Origin: Octopus vulgaris
Lineage: Eukaryota
Length of the DNA stretch: 64,000 nucleotides
Assembly: GCA_951406725.2 (NCBI GenBank)
Contig: OX597824.1
Span: 95,976,001-96,040,000, forward strand
Reading direction: 5' to 3'
A program made the position numbers and the translations under genes. Below the pieces are notes generated by a model that had not been told where the DNA came from, did not search any database, and worked only from the letters and a program-made list of their open reading frames with translations. The first letter of the stretch is position 1; the number at the start of each line of letters is the position of its first letter. Shown here piece after piece: positions 13,816 through 27,887 of this stretch.

Positions 13816-15937
13816 ATGCATGTCTTTGTATCTATGTTTGTCTCCACCAGCACAGCTGGATAACCAGTGTTGGTCTATTTGCGTCCCCGTCACGTAGCGG
13901 TTCGGCAAAAGACACCGATAGAATTAGTAGTAAGCTTACACAAAATAAGTCCTGGGGTTGATTTGTTCGACAAAAGGCACTGCTCCAGCATGGCCGCAGT
14001 CAAATTACTGACACAAGTAAAAGAATACACACACACACACACACACACACACATTTACACACACGTATTTGGGGAGAGAAATGTGGGGAAAGAGGGACCA
14101 CTTGCTACACGTGGAAAATCCAAACGACACGAATTATTAAGTCTCTTAGTTAATTTACTTGCAATAAACCGTACTGAAACGGATGAATTCAATAAAAAAA
14201 TATGTTTCTCTGAATAATCTTTTCTACTCTAGTCACAAGGCCCGAAATTTTGCGGGGGAAGGGAGAGGGCCAGTCGATTAGATCCACCCCAGTGCGTAAC
14301 TGGTACTTAATTTATCGACCTCGAAAGGATGAAAGGCAAAGTCGACCTCAGTGGAATTTGAACTCGGAACGTAACGGCAGACGAAATTCCTCTAAGCATT
14401 TCGCCCGGCATACTCTCTTTTTACTCTCTTTTACTTGTTTCAGTCATTTGACTGCGGCCATGCTGGAGCACCGCCTTTAGTCGAGCAAATCGACCCCGGG
14501 ACTTATTCTTTGTAAGTCCAGTACTTATTCTATCGGTCTCTTTTGCCGAACCGCTAAGTGACGGGGACGTAAACACACCAGCATCGGTTGTCAAGCAATG
14601 CTAGGGGGACAAATACAGACACACATACACACTTATACATATATACAACAGGCTTCTTTCATCTTCTGTCTACCACAAGGCTTTGGTCGGCCCGAGGCTA
14701 CAGTAGAAGACACTTGCCCATGGTGCCACGCAGAGGGACTGAACCTGGAACCCTGTAATTGGGAAGCAAGCTTCTTACCACACAGCCACTCCGGCGCCTC
14801 CATGCTAACGTTTCTGCCAGCTCGCCGCCTTACACGGACGAAAATATCGTTAAGCGTTTCGTCCGGCGTGCCAACGACTGTGCCATGCCGCCGCCTCCTT
14901 TCAGGTCATTATTGGTTTCAAATTTTAGCACAAGGCCAGCAAGTTCGTGCGGGGTTGGGGGGCGAGGGGTGCGTCGATTACATCGACCCCAGTGCTCCAC
15001 TGGTACTTATTTTATTGACCCCGAAAGGCAAAGTCGAACTCGGCCGTTAAGCATTTTGTCCGGCGTGCCACCGACTGTGCCACGCCGCCGCCTTCTTTTA
15101 GGTCATAATTATTGATTATGGATTACTTAAACGATTTCTTGGTCATTAAGTGTAAATATGAGGGAGAAGTCAATATCTTCTCTGATAATAAATATATAAA
15201 AAAAGATACCGATGACATTGGTGGGACAATCTGTCTGTGACATACGACGGTTGCCTTTCCTCTCTCTCTCTCTTCCTCTCCCCCTCTCGCCCTCCTTTTC
15301 TCTACCTTGCTCCCCACACTTTTCACTCCCCCTTTTTTTCTCACTTGTCTTTCTATCTATCTTATTCTCTTTCTCTCTCTCCGTTTCCCTCCTTCCTTAT
15401 CCTTCTCTCATACATACATACATACATACATACATACATACACACATACATACACACACACACACATACATACATACATACATACATACATACATACATA
15501 CATACATACATACATACTCTCCATCCCTTCCCCCCTCTCTCTCTCTCTCACACACACACTCACATATATATGTGAGAGGCTTCTTTCATCTTCTGTCTAC
15601 CACAAGGCTTCTGTCACAAGGCATTGGTCGGCCCGAGGCTACAGTAGAAGACACTTGCCCAAGGTGCCACGCAGAGGGACTGAACCCGGAACCCTGTAAT
15701 TGGGAAGCAAGCTTCTTACCACGCAGCCACTCCTGCGCCTATTCTCTTCATTTTAAGCCTAACTTCAGTTTTGTTTACATAACTGATTGGAGTTTGTTTT
15801 TTTAAAGTTTATTTTTCGTTTAGTTTTGTTTGTGCTTTTTCTGTAGGCGCAGGCATGGCTGTCTGGTTATGAAGCTTCCTTTGCATCCAAGTGATTTGGG
15901 GTTCAACCCCACTGCGCGGCACCTTCGGCAAATGCTT

Positions 15938-16046
<109 letters not shown>

Positions 16047-16284
16047 TTATTCGACTAAAACCTTTGAAGGCGTGGCCCCAGCTTGGCCGTACTCCAGTGA
16101 CTGAAACAGACAGATAGATATATAGACAGACTGACAGACAGACAGACAGATAGACAAACACACACACACACACACATCCGTTTAGTTTGGCGGTGGGAAT
16201 TAATGAATTATGTCTGAGAATAGATGGCAACAGGAAGCTTCAATAGCGATAAAGAGGCATAAACAACTGTGCGTGTGTGTGTGT

Positions 16285-16673
<389 letters not shown>

Positions 16674-16835
16674 ACATTACAAGCGATAGAATAGGCTAGG
16701 AAATAACTGAAGAAGACAAACTCTTCACAAACAATAAGCTCCAGTGTTATCGTGTAACATTATATCAGCAGAACAGCGATAACATCGGGGACAAATCTAA
16801 CAACAACAACAACAACAACGACACACCTGCCTCAC

Positions 16836-16928
16836 CTGTGATGTTCGCGACCGAGGTCAGGTAGAGTTGAGGCGTGTACTTCAGAGCGGCGACTTTTAAG
16901 GGAATGTTGATAAGTAGTTTAGCGAAAG
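16836..16928 (-). other. Candidate internal exon of an unidentified minus-strand transcript
   Basis: ctttattccag|...ACAG|gtgagg, 93 nt, unique CpG-containing sequence among microsatellites. Confidence 0.4.
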
Positions 16929-17104
16929 CTGGAATAAAGCCATTAATATAGCAGAGATAGTAGATTATTCCATAAATAAAAACAAATAATTATGATAACC
17001 ATTACAAAAATACAAAAGAAAAGAAAAGCAGAAATGAGGTCACTCGCATTTTTAAGCATAGAGATACGAAGAGAGGAACATATACGAACAATGATATGTG
17101 TATG

Positions 17105-17158
<54 letters not shown>

Positions 17159-18339
17159 TAGATAGACGGATGGATGGATGGGCAGGCAGATAGGCAGACA
17201 GACAGACATACACATACACGCATGCATACATACATGCATGCATACACACACACACATACATACACACACATACATACACACATACACACACATAAATAAT
17301 CACACAAAGACATACGTACGTACATACATACATACATACATACATACACACATACACACACACACATACACACACGCATACATACATACATTACGTACAT
17401 CAGCCGCCGCCACAAGCCAACGACTGAGTCTCTACAGAATTGTTCCAATTGCTAAGGCAAAGCCGCCAATATTCCTTCAGTCGCACCCTGACCACACAAC
17501 TTTCCAGTTGTTTTCCTACATAAAAAACATTTTAAAAACAATTTTCGTGTCTTGTTTACTGAAATTTTGTCAGCGATTAATCAACACACTTGTGTAATAA
17601 TTGCAGGTAGAGAGGCGTGGTTTCGTGGCTAGGGATACTGGATTCGTGGTTGTAAGATTGTGGTTTCGATTCCTAAACCGGGTGATCCGTTGTGTTCTTG
17701 AGCAAGACACTTCATGTCCCGTTACTCCAGTTCATTCAGCTGGTAACAATGAGTAATCCGGCGTCTAATTAAATTATTATAAATGACTGGAGATACTCGT
17801 CCTGCTTTGGTCTTTCTTCTCCTTTTCCTCTAATACATACCTGCAAACACGGAAGCCTAATACGGATCCCTTGGTCCAGTCTCAGTTGTGAACGTGGAAC
17901 CTAACGGATTATCAATTATAGCACTTACTTAGCGTACCGATTCGTTTAGATCACTGATGAACTAAACCCCTTCATATTCTCTCTCTCTCTATATATATAT
18001 TTATATAATGCATATCCTTTGATAGATAGGACAGGCAAAGGGTTAATTTTTGTTAGCGGTTAATTAACATGTCATCTATAATTAGGCTGTCACATGTCTA
18101 ATTATGCAACGCTTTGTCAGATCTCAAATGTACCTCATCGCCAAATATTCGTAAAAGTTTGTTCAATTTTACTTAATATCACGAAACTCCTTACAGACTA
18201 TTGCGACACAATATTTTGAAATCTCTATCCTAAAAAAAAAAAAATAGGAAAAGACCCATTGGACAATATAATTCCTATCCCTGATATACATGATGGTCCC
18301 GCTTTAAACGCCTTTGATTATAAGGTCTACTCAATGAAA

Positions 18340-18900
18340 AACAAGTTTCAGCGACATCAACCGCCATTTTAAACCATCATGGCGTAATTAGAGGAATGAA
18401 AAATTCCGGTTCTGTTTGCTCTCGGATGTCGTCACCTCGTTTGCAGTAAACATGACATCGACTGAATAGTTTAACAACAATAGTAACTACCACCACCACT
18501 ACTACTACTGCTGCTACTACTACTGCAACTGCTACTGCGGCTGCTGCTGCTGCTTCTGATTGCTTCCATCTTGTCAACATAACCGAATCTCAAACCACCG
18601 AGAGACTCTGGTATTTATCATAAACAGTCGCTTAATTGCATCGTTTGAAAACGTAATACGTCTTCCGCTGTTGTAAGATGAAGTGTTTTCAAAATAACAT
18701 TTAAATGTCAAAGGAGGTTTTCATTCGTTTTTCATTTTCGTAAAAGCATTGCTTTATATATACACGTTCTTGCCTTCTGACGAACCTACGACGAAGACCT
18801 CGAGATCAACGATGGACAAAACTGCAGCTCTCGACATTTCTGAGTTCCGCTCCCAACATAATATTGTATTTCTGTGCTATTTCCCCCAAAACGGTATCGT
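18340..18900. promoter_or_regulatory. Possible promoter region with a YY1-type motif
   Basis: CCGCCATTTT at 18361-18370 in unique, CpG-retaining sequence. Confidence 0.3.
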
Positions 18901-19547
18901 ATAGGGGTCAAGCACTTTGCGATAATACTGAGATTTTGGGGGACAATGAAGAAATTAAACGGTAGGCTTCGAATTTCTCAAATTTCTTGTGAATCATTTT
19001 CTGATTGATGTCATCCAGCAATAGTAATTTTCGCTTCGGATGATGCTTCAGCACACACACACACACACATATATATAGGTGTAGGAGTGGCTGTGTGATA
19101 AGTAGCTATAGGTATAGGAGTCAAACGTTTTGTTGCACGTTGATAATTTTTTCTATTGGAATTGTTGAATATTTTCGAAATGTTGAACATTGTTGAACTT
19201 TGAAAGTTTTTGTGCTTTTTCCCGTTGCTGGGAGAAAGTAATTATTGAAATTATTAAAGCCGTTGTAGGCTTTATTGTCGTGCCCCCCACCACCACCCGC
19301 GGGGGTGGCATTTGAACTGTTATCCTCATTAAGAGGAAAAAATATAGGTTTCCCGTTTTGGGGGATTCTATATTTTATTATTGTGTGGAGAAAAAAAAAA
19401 TTTCGAACGTTGTAGGCTTTGTTGCTACGTCTCCCCCCCCCCCCAGCAGGGGTGGGATTTGAACTGTTGTCCTCGTTAAGAGAATAAAAAAATTTTATGT
19501 TTCCCTTTTTCTGGGATTAAATTGTGTATCATTTATTTCGAACGAAT

Positions 19548-21182
19548 ATGTCGGTCGAAATAATCCAAGAAACGAACCAGTTGCATGAGCCAGCAAAAAA
19601 GTTCGCGGCAGTAGCCACTGTATCTTCTAAAGATATTGTGATAGAAATGGAGAAGCTCTCCGAGCTTTTTGAGAGAATGAAAGAGGAGGGTGGGGATATA
19701 AAGATCTCACCCTCCCCCCCTAGTGTTGAAAATCTGAAGAGCAGGACAGTCGTTTACAAAACGTACTGTCCTTCATCAAAGAAATTCAAGCACTTCGAAA
19801 AGTGCGAAATAGAAAAATGCCTGGCCCCTATATGGAAAGATATAAAATGCATAGCGAGGGGCCGGGCATATGGAACAATAGAGGCCAGATTTGAGATGGC
19901 CGAAAAAGCCCAAGAGCACTCAGTGAGTCCTCTGAAAATGAAGGAGGTGGTGCTGCTCCCACAACATACATGGGAAGGAGAACAGCACGCGTCCGAATAA
20001 ACGATGTACCACAAGAAATTGAGGCAAGGTGAGCTGGCAGAATCGTTAGCACGCCGGGCGAAATGCTTAGTGGTATTTCGTCTGCCGTTAGGTTCTGAGT
20101 TCAAATTCCGCCGAGGTTGACTTTGCCTTTCATCCTTTCGGAGTCGATTAAATAAGTACCAGTTACACACTGGGGTCGATATAATCGACTTAATCCGTTT
20201 GTCTGTCCTTGTTTGTCCTCTCTGTGTTTAGCCCCTTGTGGGTAGTAAAGAAATAGGCTGCCCTGTTGTATAACAGGGCAGACAAAATCACCTTCCTCCA
20301 AATTACATGCACTGCCCCACAAAATTGGCAAGGGCAGAGCATCTCTGCGATTATTCAAGGTACGCAACAAGACATCGAAATGCTGCCAGAAAGAGTGCTC
20401 TTGGGGGAAGATATTGCCCTCAAGATTCAAGTAGAGGGCAAAAAGCCCACGTGTTTCGAATGTGGCAAAAAAGGCCACATTCGCGTAGAATATGAAAAAT
20501 GGAAGACAAAAATAAGTGCGCAGACATCAGGACCCTTCAACTGCAGAAAAAGACCCCAAACCTGCACACAAATTAGCCCCCACAGAAACAAATACTCCCA
20601 CCCCACCATCAGTGGAACCCGCTCCCAAACAAAACACCCAAAAACCCCAGGCCATGCACACACCGGCCCCGACAGAAACAAATGCACCCACCCCCTCTGA
20701 AGTAACAACTCCTCTGGAAGACACCATGGAGGTGACTGAGGGGGAGTTCAAGACACCCAGAGAAAAGAGAACGCTTGCACCTTCCCCATCCATATCCCCC
20801 ACAAAGAAAAAAGAAGAAAAACAGCACACCACAGAGAAAAAAAGATCCCGCTCCACTGTCCCAGAAGAGAAAATAAAAAAGAACAAAGGCGGAACAAAAA
20901 CCCTGGTAAAGTTTGATACCCGGGTAAATATATTATGGACATTTTAAAAAAGCACCACACCGTGGAGCTGTTGCAGCATCCCGAAGGCACGGAAGAGAGA
21001 TGTGCGTGGATATCAGAAAAATTGTGTAATGAAATGAAGGGTAGGCATCCGAGGACCATCACGAACATCCCGGACCTTCCGCGGTTTTTGAAGGTGTTTT
21101 GAAGGAGCAGGAGGAAAGGACTGCCTCACGTGTGGTGAGGTCAGCCCCAGCATCACCAATAAAAGAAAAAGTCAAAGAGTAA
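19548..21182 (+). pseudogene. LINE ORF1 (gag-like, CCHC knuckle), frameshifted and SINE-interrupted
   Basis: MSVEIIQETN... continues across frameshifts and a SINE (~20026-20255) to KKPTCFECGKKGHIRVEY (knuckle 20452-20493, last Cys is Tyr), followed by a P/T/K-rich tail. Confidence 0.75.
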
Positions 21183-21211
21183 GTAGAACCCTTGCTTTCC
21201 TTTTGTTTTAA

Positions 21212-21520
21212 ATGACTGCACTTAACCTTGGGTGTTTGAATGTGCGTGGTCTGAGCCCGAAGTGGAAGCAAGCTTGTTTCCTCGACGACCTCAGATCACA
21301 CGATATGCATGTGATGGTTGCTACAGAGACCAAGCTGGACAGTCTACAAGCCTTCTCGCCCCTCCTGAATGACTATGAGAAAATCATGTCTCCTAGCCGG
21401 ACCAGAGGGCAAGGGGGCGTAGTAGTACTGATCCGGAAAGACTTGGCTCTGCAGACAAGTACAGTCTATGTAGACCCAGAAGGTGGGCTGGTCGTCCTTG
21501 ATGGGACACACAGCAGTAAG
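21212..21520 (+). pseudogene. LINE ORF2 N-terminal apurinic-like endonuclease fragment
   Basis: MTALNLGCLNVRGL...VATETKL...GQGGVVVLIRK...VDPEGGLVVL contains the NVRGL, ETK, GV..L and D.EG motifs of L1/Tx1 endonucleases. Confidence 0.85.
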
Positions 21521-21609
21521 GCCTTCAGTTATAAATATATTTATTAAATAATTATATTTTTAAATTGTAAATATTTAATCGCTACAGCTACTTCACCCTT
21601 TTATGTTTA

Positions 21610-21990
21610 TAGGCGTAGGAGTGGCTGTGTGGTAAGTAGCTTGCTTATGAACCACATGGTTCCAGGTTCAGTCCCACTGCTTGGCACCTTGGGCAAGTGT
21701 CTTCTACTATAGCCTCGGGCCGACCAAAGCCTTGTGAGTGGATTTGGTAGACGGAAACTGAAAGAAGCCCGTCGTATATATATATGTGTATGTTTGTGTC
21801 TGTGTTTGTTCCCCCAACATTGCTTGTCAACCGATGCTGGTGTGTTTATGTCCCCGTAACTTAGCGGTTCAGCAAAAGAGACCGATAGAATAAGTACTGG
21901 GCTTACAAAGAATAAGTCCTGGTGTCTATTTGCTCGACTGAAGGTGGTGCTCCAGCATGGCCACAGTCAATTGACTGAAACAAGTAAAAG
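21610..21990 (+). mobile_element. tRNA-derived CORE-type SINE family B with internal microsatellite (other copies e.g. 1-303, 4282-4672, 6404-6568, 13560-14026, 14415-14800, 28198-28526, 41570-42105, 43095-43480, 53912-54322)
   Basis: Head ggagtggctgtgtggtaag...ggttcagtccc, CORE-like ccttgggcaagt, a central (TA)/(TG)n, and tail ggtgctccagcatggccgcagtc..tgactgaaacaagtaaaag. Confidence 0.88.
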
Positions 21991-22038
<48 letters not shown>

Positions 22039-22698
22039 TATTGAGCTTCAAAAGGTTGCGTGTCTGAAGCTAATACATAAAAGTTAATTCCAGAGTTTTG
22101 GAAACACATGCAATGGTTGTGTTATGTGTTAATGTCGAAAGGTCACCAAATACATCGTTAGCAGACCGGGCGAAATGCTCAGCAGTATTTCATCTGTCTT
22201 TACGTTCTGAGTTCAAATTCCACCGAGGTCGACGTTGCCTTTCATCCTTTCGGGGTCGATTAAATAAGTACCAGTTACGCACTGGGGTCAATATAATCGA
22301 CTTAATCCCTTTGTCTGTCCTTGTTTGTCCTCTCTATGTTTAGCCCCTTGTGGATAGTAAAGAAATAGGTATGAAATTTGGTAGAGGCTGCGTCTGAAGA
22401 AAAGCTATATGTCGTATAGTTAGCAATTTCAAGATGCTTGAAATAAATTGACCGAAGATGACTTATTCTTGCCTTAACTTTTATTTAACTCTTACGAAGC
22501 TCATCGCAATTGTGGCTCCTTTTAAATTTTCTCCTTTTCTCCCTTCCTTCCTTTCGTTTTTAACCCCTCTTTATTTTTCTCTGCCAATTGCTTTATTTTT
22601 CTCTGCCAATTGCTTTTTTTTTTCTGCTTCCCTCTCACAATACTCATAAAATGCCTCGCCATCTGCACATCTCTAGACATTTCTTCTCTTTAATGCAG

Positions 22699-22793
22699 TG
22701 CAACAAAGTGTTTCTTGATGATTGTTGTGGACAGACATCCAGTACAGTTGGAACAGGCAATACGGAGGATCCAAACAGCCACAATGGCGAAAC
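22699..22793 (+). other. Candidate plus-strand exon, product unknown
   Basis: ttcttctctttaatgcag|TGC...AAC|gtaagt, 95 nt, two open frames, no recognisable homology. Confidence 0.35.
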
Positions 22794-22888
22794 GTAAGTA
22801 GGAACAAATAACATAAACTTGAGTCTATCGTAATTTCTCATATAAGTGTTTGTGTGTGTGTAAGTGTGTGTATATATATATATGTGTG

Positions 22889-22986
22889 TATCTGTAAAAT
22901 AATATGTGACAATTATTCAATAGCCAAGATAAAACTCAGAGTTTTATCTTGACTACCGAGTAATGTAACATATTATTTTACAGATA
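22889..22986. repeat. Short foldback in TA/TG microsatellite
   Basis: tatctgtaaaataatatg...caagataaaactc a gagttttatcttg...catattattttacagata. Confidence 0.75.
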
Positions 22987-23424
22987 AATTTCCTCTATTT
23001 ACATAATATCGAGGTCTCTTTCTTTCTTTTGTTATCTTACCGTTTTTACCAATATATATATATGTATATATATATATGTGTGTGTGTGTGTATGTATGTA
23101 TGAGTATATGAATGCCTGTGTGTATGTATTTACATCTATCAATATATGTTTGTAAGTATGCGTGTGTGTGTGTGTCTTTGTGTTTGTGCTCTACCATCGC
23201 TAGACAACCAATGTTGGTTCGTTTATATCCTTGTAACTTAGCGGTTTGGCAGAAAAATCCAATAGAATGAGCACCAGACTTTCAACATAATAATAATAAT
23301 AATAACGGAGATGTACTTGCATAGCAAGTGACCTGATCTGAGATTGTAATGCTGGAACGAAAACAATTGCAGCATGGAAGAAACACACAAAGCCTGTTAG
23401 ATTCACTCCAACATTTAAGTTTAA

Positions 23425-23475
23425 TTTGTCAAAATATTTTCGTCGCTTTAAGACCGCGACCTGTTCACTGACAAA
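23425..23475 (-). ncRNA. Hammerhead-like motif with G3:C8 swapped core
   Basis: Minus strand tttgtca GTGAACA g gtcgc-ggtcttaaa-gcgac GAAA atat TT tgacaaa: 7-bp stem I, 5-bp stem II and an AATATT palindrome. Confidence 0.6.
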
Positions 23476-23589
23476 AATCCGTGCTGCATGGATTTTTGTC
23501 AGTGAACAGGTTGCGGATTTTGTGTGTTTCTTAAATGTCTTACAAATCCCTTCCACGCTGCAATAATAATAATAACAATAATAATAGTA

Positions 23590-23930
23590 GTGGGGGAGCA
23601 TCATAGCCATGTGTTGAGAGGGATTCTTTGAGGTTTGAATAATTCACCTCTGGAAACATGGGTGTTTCGTTCAACATCCTTAAACAACCCTTATTCAGGG
23701 ACCTTTTGAGCGGGATGGGCTACTCAACCTGAACAAATTTCTAACTGGGCCCCCACCTGCAAGGTCATGTGCTGTTTATCTTGATATGAGATCACCATGT
23801 CGCGCACATATGGTTGTGATGCATGTACCTGGTGTACCCTTATCAGACGGGTAGTCATGATGGGTATATTGGGCTTCGTATATTTTACCCCAGTGTCACT
23901 TTGATGGCATGAACTGCTCTCTCACTCAAT
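23590..23930. repeat. Unclassified ~340-bp insertion bounded by (TAA)n
   Basis: Higher-GC block sharply flanked by TAA repeats on both sides. Confidence 0.4.
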
Positions 23931-24227
23931 AATAATAATAATAATATTAAAATGGTAGTCTCGGTATGCCTCGTTCTGGGGTTGATCTGATCTAGTCATC
24001 GTCGTCTTATCTGGTACAATTGGTGTGGGATTTCAGCACTAAATGACCATTTCATGGTTTCCTGACATCATATTTCCTTCTTTCTTTCTTTTCTCATTGT
24101 TGTTGTTGGAAACGAAAACAAAAAAAAAATTTATTAGTGCTCCTACATTTCTGTGGGATATTGTATTCATTGATAAGCATTTTCCCACGATATGTATATA
24201 TACTTATATATATACACAACATACATG

Positions 24228-24281
<54 letters not shown>

Positions 24282-24665
24282 TAATACTCGTATATCTTTA
24301 CATATATACATGCGTTCATATTCACATAAACATATATAACCACATACACACCCACAAACATATATTCGTGTGTGCATGTATGTGTATATGCGCACGCACG
24401 CGTGTGAATAAAATAGCTATTAATCTGTTTTTTCCTACAGATATTTACGTTGAATTACTTAAAATATGAACTTTATTATTATTATTATTATTATTATTAT
24501 CATTATTATTATTATTATTATTGTTGTTGTGAATGCAAAGCCATGAATTTGTAGAAAGAAACTTGTCTGAAAGGAACGTTACCCATAATTCAACATTTCT
24601 CACTGTTAAACTACTTACTCATTAATTTATATGTGTATATATATATATATATGTATATATATATG

Positions 24666-24740
<75 letters not shown>

Positions 24741-24957
24741 TCTTATTCCATGTGTTTTGTGAACAATGGCATCATTGATTATAGGTTTCCAATACACCAA
24801 TAACTGGTTCATTGCATTTCCAATGGTGCGAGAGAGTTAGACGAGGAGTATCAGTGCAATTCAGGTAAATTTTTTATCCACAAAGTATTTTTTGTACCAC
24901 GCACCGGTTTATTGATATTATATATAGATATATACACATACATATATATATACATAC

Positions 24958-25006
<49 letters not shown>

Positions 25007-25270
25007 GCGAAGAGATGGAGAGAAGGAGAGATATGCATTCACATCATTTTTAAGTGAAACTAGAAAATTGTATCCCTTGCATGAAACCAATGGTAGCATT
25101 TTTAATCCATAGGTAAAGGATTTGTGTGTGTGTGTTTAATAAACTTTTACAAGACTGATTGTGACTTCGCAGTCAAAATGTCTTACCAAGAAAATATCTC
25201 CCTACTTCTTGTAAAAGATAAATATGTACCTCCAGGTAATCCTAAATTGTTTTCATATATCTTGACATAA

Positions 25271-25328
<58 letters not shown>

Positions 25329-25662
25329 TATGCGTATATACATACACACACTGCAAATGATTACATTATCTGTCACTGTAAAAATGGCATCATTGATTAT
25401 AGGTTTCCAATACACCAGATAACTGGTTCATTGCATTTCCAATGGTGCCCGGTCGAAATTAACTCAAAATTGAAAAGGGAGAGCGAACATACATACGTAC
25501 ATACACATATACAGACACATAAGTATATTCACCCCACACACATGCACATACATACATACACACACATATATATATATATGCATACATATATGCATACACA
25601 CAACATACATGCACATATTCATACATATATGTATATATACATATGCACATATACATATATAC

Positions 25663-25940
25663 TCCAGCTTTTACATCCAGACTATCATATTCATACCTAT
25701 AATAATTGGAGTGCTAGATTTTGTTAGTAAAAGCTTAGAGGAGAATCTGGGATTTTCAGAAAGAGAAATTGACCGGCTGATTTGTACATGACAAATGCAA
25801 TTTGTGAGTGGAACAGTAAAAATATGCAAGACATTTCTCAAGTTCCAAATGTGAATTTCTCTGTGTTAACTACATCCCAAAGATGGAGCCTTGTATCTTT
25901 GTTGGAAACCAGCTCCCTCCTCAGTGGAAGATTTATAATA
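25663..25940 (+). mobile_element. Second copy of the same RLE LINE 3' end
   Basis: LQLLHPDY..FIPIIIGVLDFV...VSGTVKICKTFLKFQM*. Its 3'UTR (ttgtatctttgttggaaaccagctcc) is shared with the copy at 9098-9500. Confidence 0.7.
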
Positions 25941-27418
25941 ATTGAAAAATAGAAGATATACATGCATACATACATATATACATACACACATCCAAACAAC
26001 ATACATGCACATATACATACATATATACATACGCACATATATACATAGATACACACATGTATACATACACACATGTATACATACACACATGTATACATAC
26101 ACACATATATACATACACACATGCATGCATACACACAACATATACATACATCCTTACATACATATATACATATGCACATATATACATACACACACGTATA
26201 CATACATACACACATATACATACCTACACACACACATATATATGTACATATATACATACAGACATAGATACTCCGTCGGTTATGACGACAAGGGTTCCTG
26301 TTGGTCCGATCAATGGAACAGCCTGCTTGTGAAATTAACGTGCAAGTGGCTGAGCACTCCACAGATACGTTTTACTCTTAACGTAGTTCTTGGGGAGATT
26401 CAGTGTGACAAGGCTGGCCCTTTGAAATACAGGTACAACAGAAACAGGAAGAAAGCGTGAGAGAAAGTTGTGGTGAAAGAGTACAGCAGGGTTCACCACC
26501 AACCCCTGCCAGAGCCTCGTGGAGCTTTAGGTGTTTTCACTCAATAAACACTCACAACGCCCGGTCTGGGAATCGAAACTGCGACCGCGAGTCTGCTGCC
26601 CTAACCATTGGGCCATTGCATCTCCACATAGATACATACACACATGTACATTCATACATATGCATACGCACACATGCACACGCACCAATATACATGGCGG
26701 CTTCCGCTCTTGTAGGCCACCCCGTAAGAGAGATATTGTTCATTCAACACTGCCAACGTGTGGCAAAACGATTGTATTTGCAGAATATGATATTGCTAAA
26801 TATGATATTACATCTGGTTAGGCAGAGAGTCGTTAACAGGTAAAAATGTATCCTGGGGAAACCCCCACCATAAACACAATAACACTCTGCAGCTTATTAT
26901 TGCTCGTGTGAGTGGGTGTGTGTGTGGGTGTATGTGTGTGACTCAAAAGGAGTGGCCTGTGATATATTTTGATCTTCTCAAAGTTGGCCCAATTAAAAGT
27001 AATCTTTTTGAACGCACACATATACACACACACACTTATGCACACACATTCATACGCACGCACGCACACACACACACACTGAAGCACACACTGAAGCACA
27101 CACACATATGCGCGCACACACATACACACACACACTCATGCACACATGGAGTTACACACTCTCATACACACAGTGCCACTCCTCTAACATTTTCTTGGAA
27201 GAGAGTAATAATCTGATCCAAGCACTTGTTGATAAAGATCCGTATAGACCCGGCATCTGCACACACACACATATACATTTATTCATGTATTGCTATAAAT
27301 ATATATATCTACACACACACACACACACATGTATGTATATATATATGTACGTATATATACAGGCATATGTACATATACACGTATATATGTACGTAAATGT
27401 AAATACATATATATATGT

Positions 27419-27454
<36 letters not shown>

Positions 27455-27887
27455 ATTATATACACATACATACATATATACATATCTACATTTATTCATA
27501 TATATCTACAGACACACACGCATATATATATAACACACACACACACGTATGTATGTATATATATATATATATACGTATATATATACACACACTCACATAT
27601 ATATATATACACATACATACATACATACACACACACACGTATGTATGTATACTTACCCTCGTATTAATTAATTGTTTATACAAACACTACAACTCCTGTA
27701 AAACTATGAAATCCCATCCTACCTGTAATTATAAATTCCTACACACCCACAACAACTCCTAAGAATGCGCATAACCTTATCTACTTATATTAGTACACAT
27801 ACTCCCATACCCTGGCACTCGCATACATGTATACACACACACATCAACATTACATATATATACGCATACACATATATATATGAATAT

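Larger units (their letters stand above)
19120..21520 (+). mobile_element. L1/Tx1-like non-LTR retrotransposon, 5' part (5'UTR, ORF1, start of ORF2), degraded
   Basis: A repeated 5'UTR unit, a gag-like ORF1 with a zinc knuckle, then an ORF2 starting at 21212 with an APE endonuclease N-terminus. It breaks off near 21520. Confidence 0.85.

Noticed and set aside
18251-18580. Short ORFs around the YY1-like motif (e.g. MAVDVAETC..., KDPLDNIIP...)
   Set aside because: Short, no homology recognised, and no convincing splice sites.
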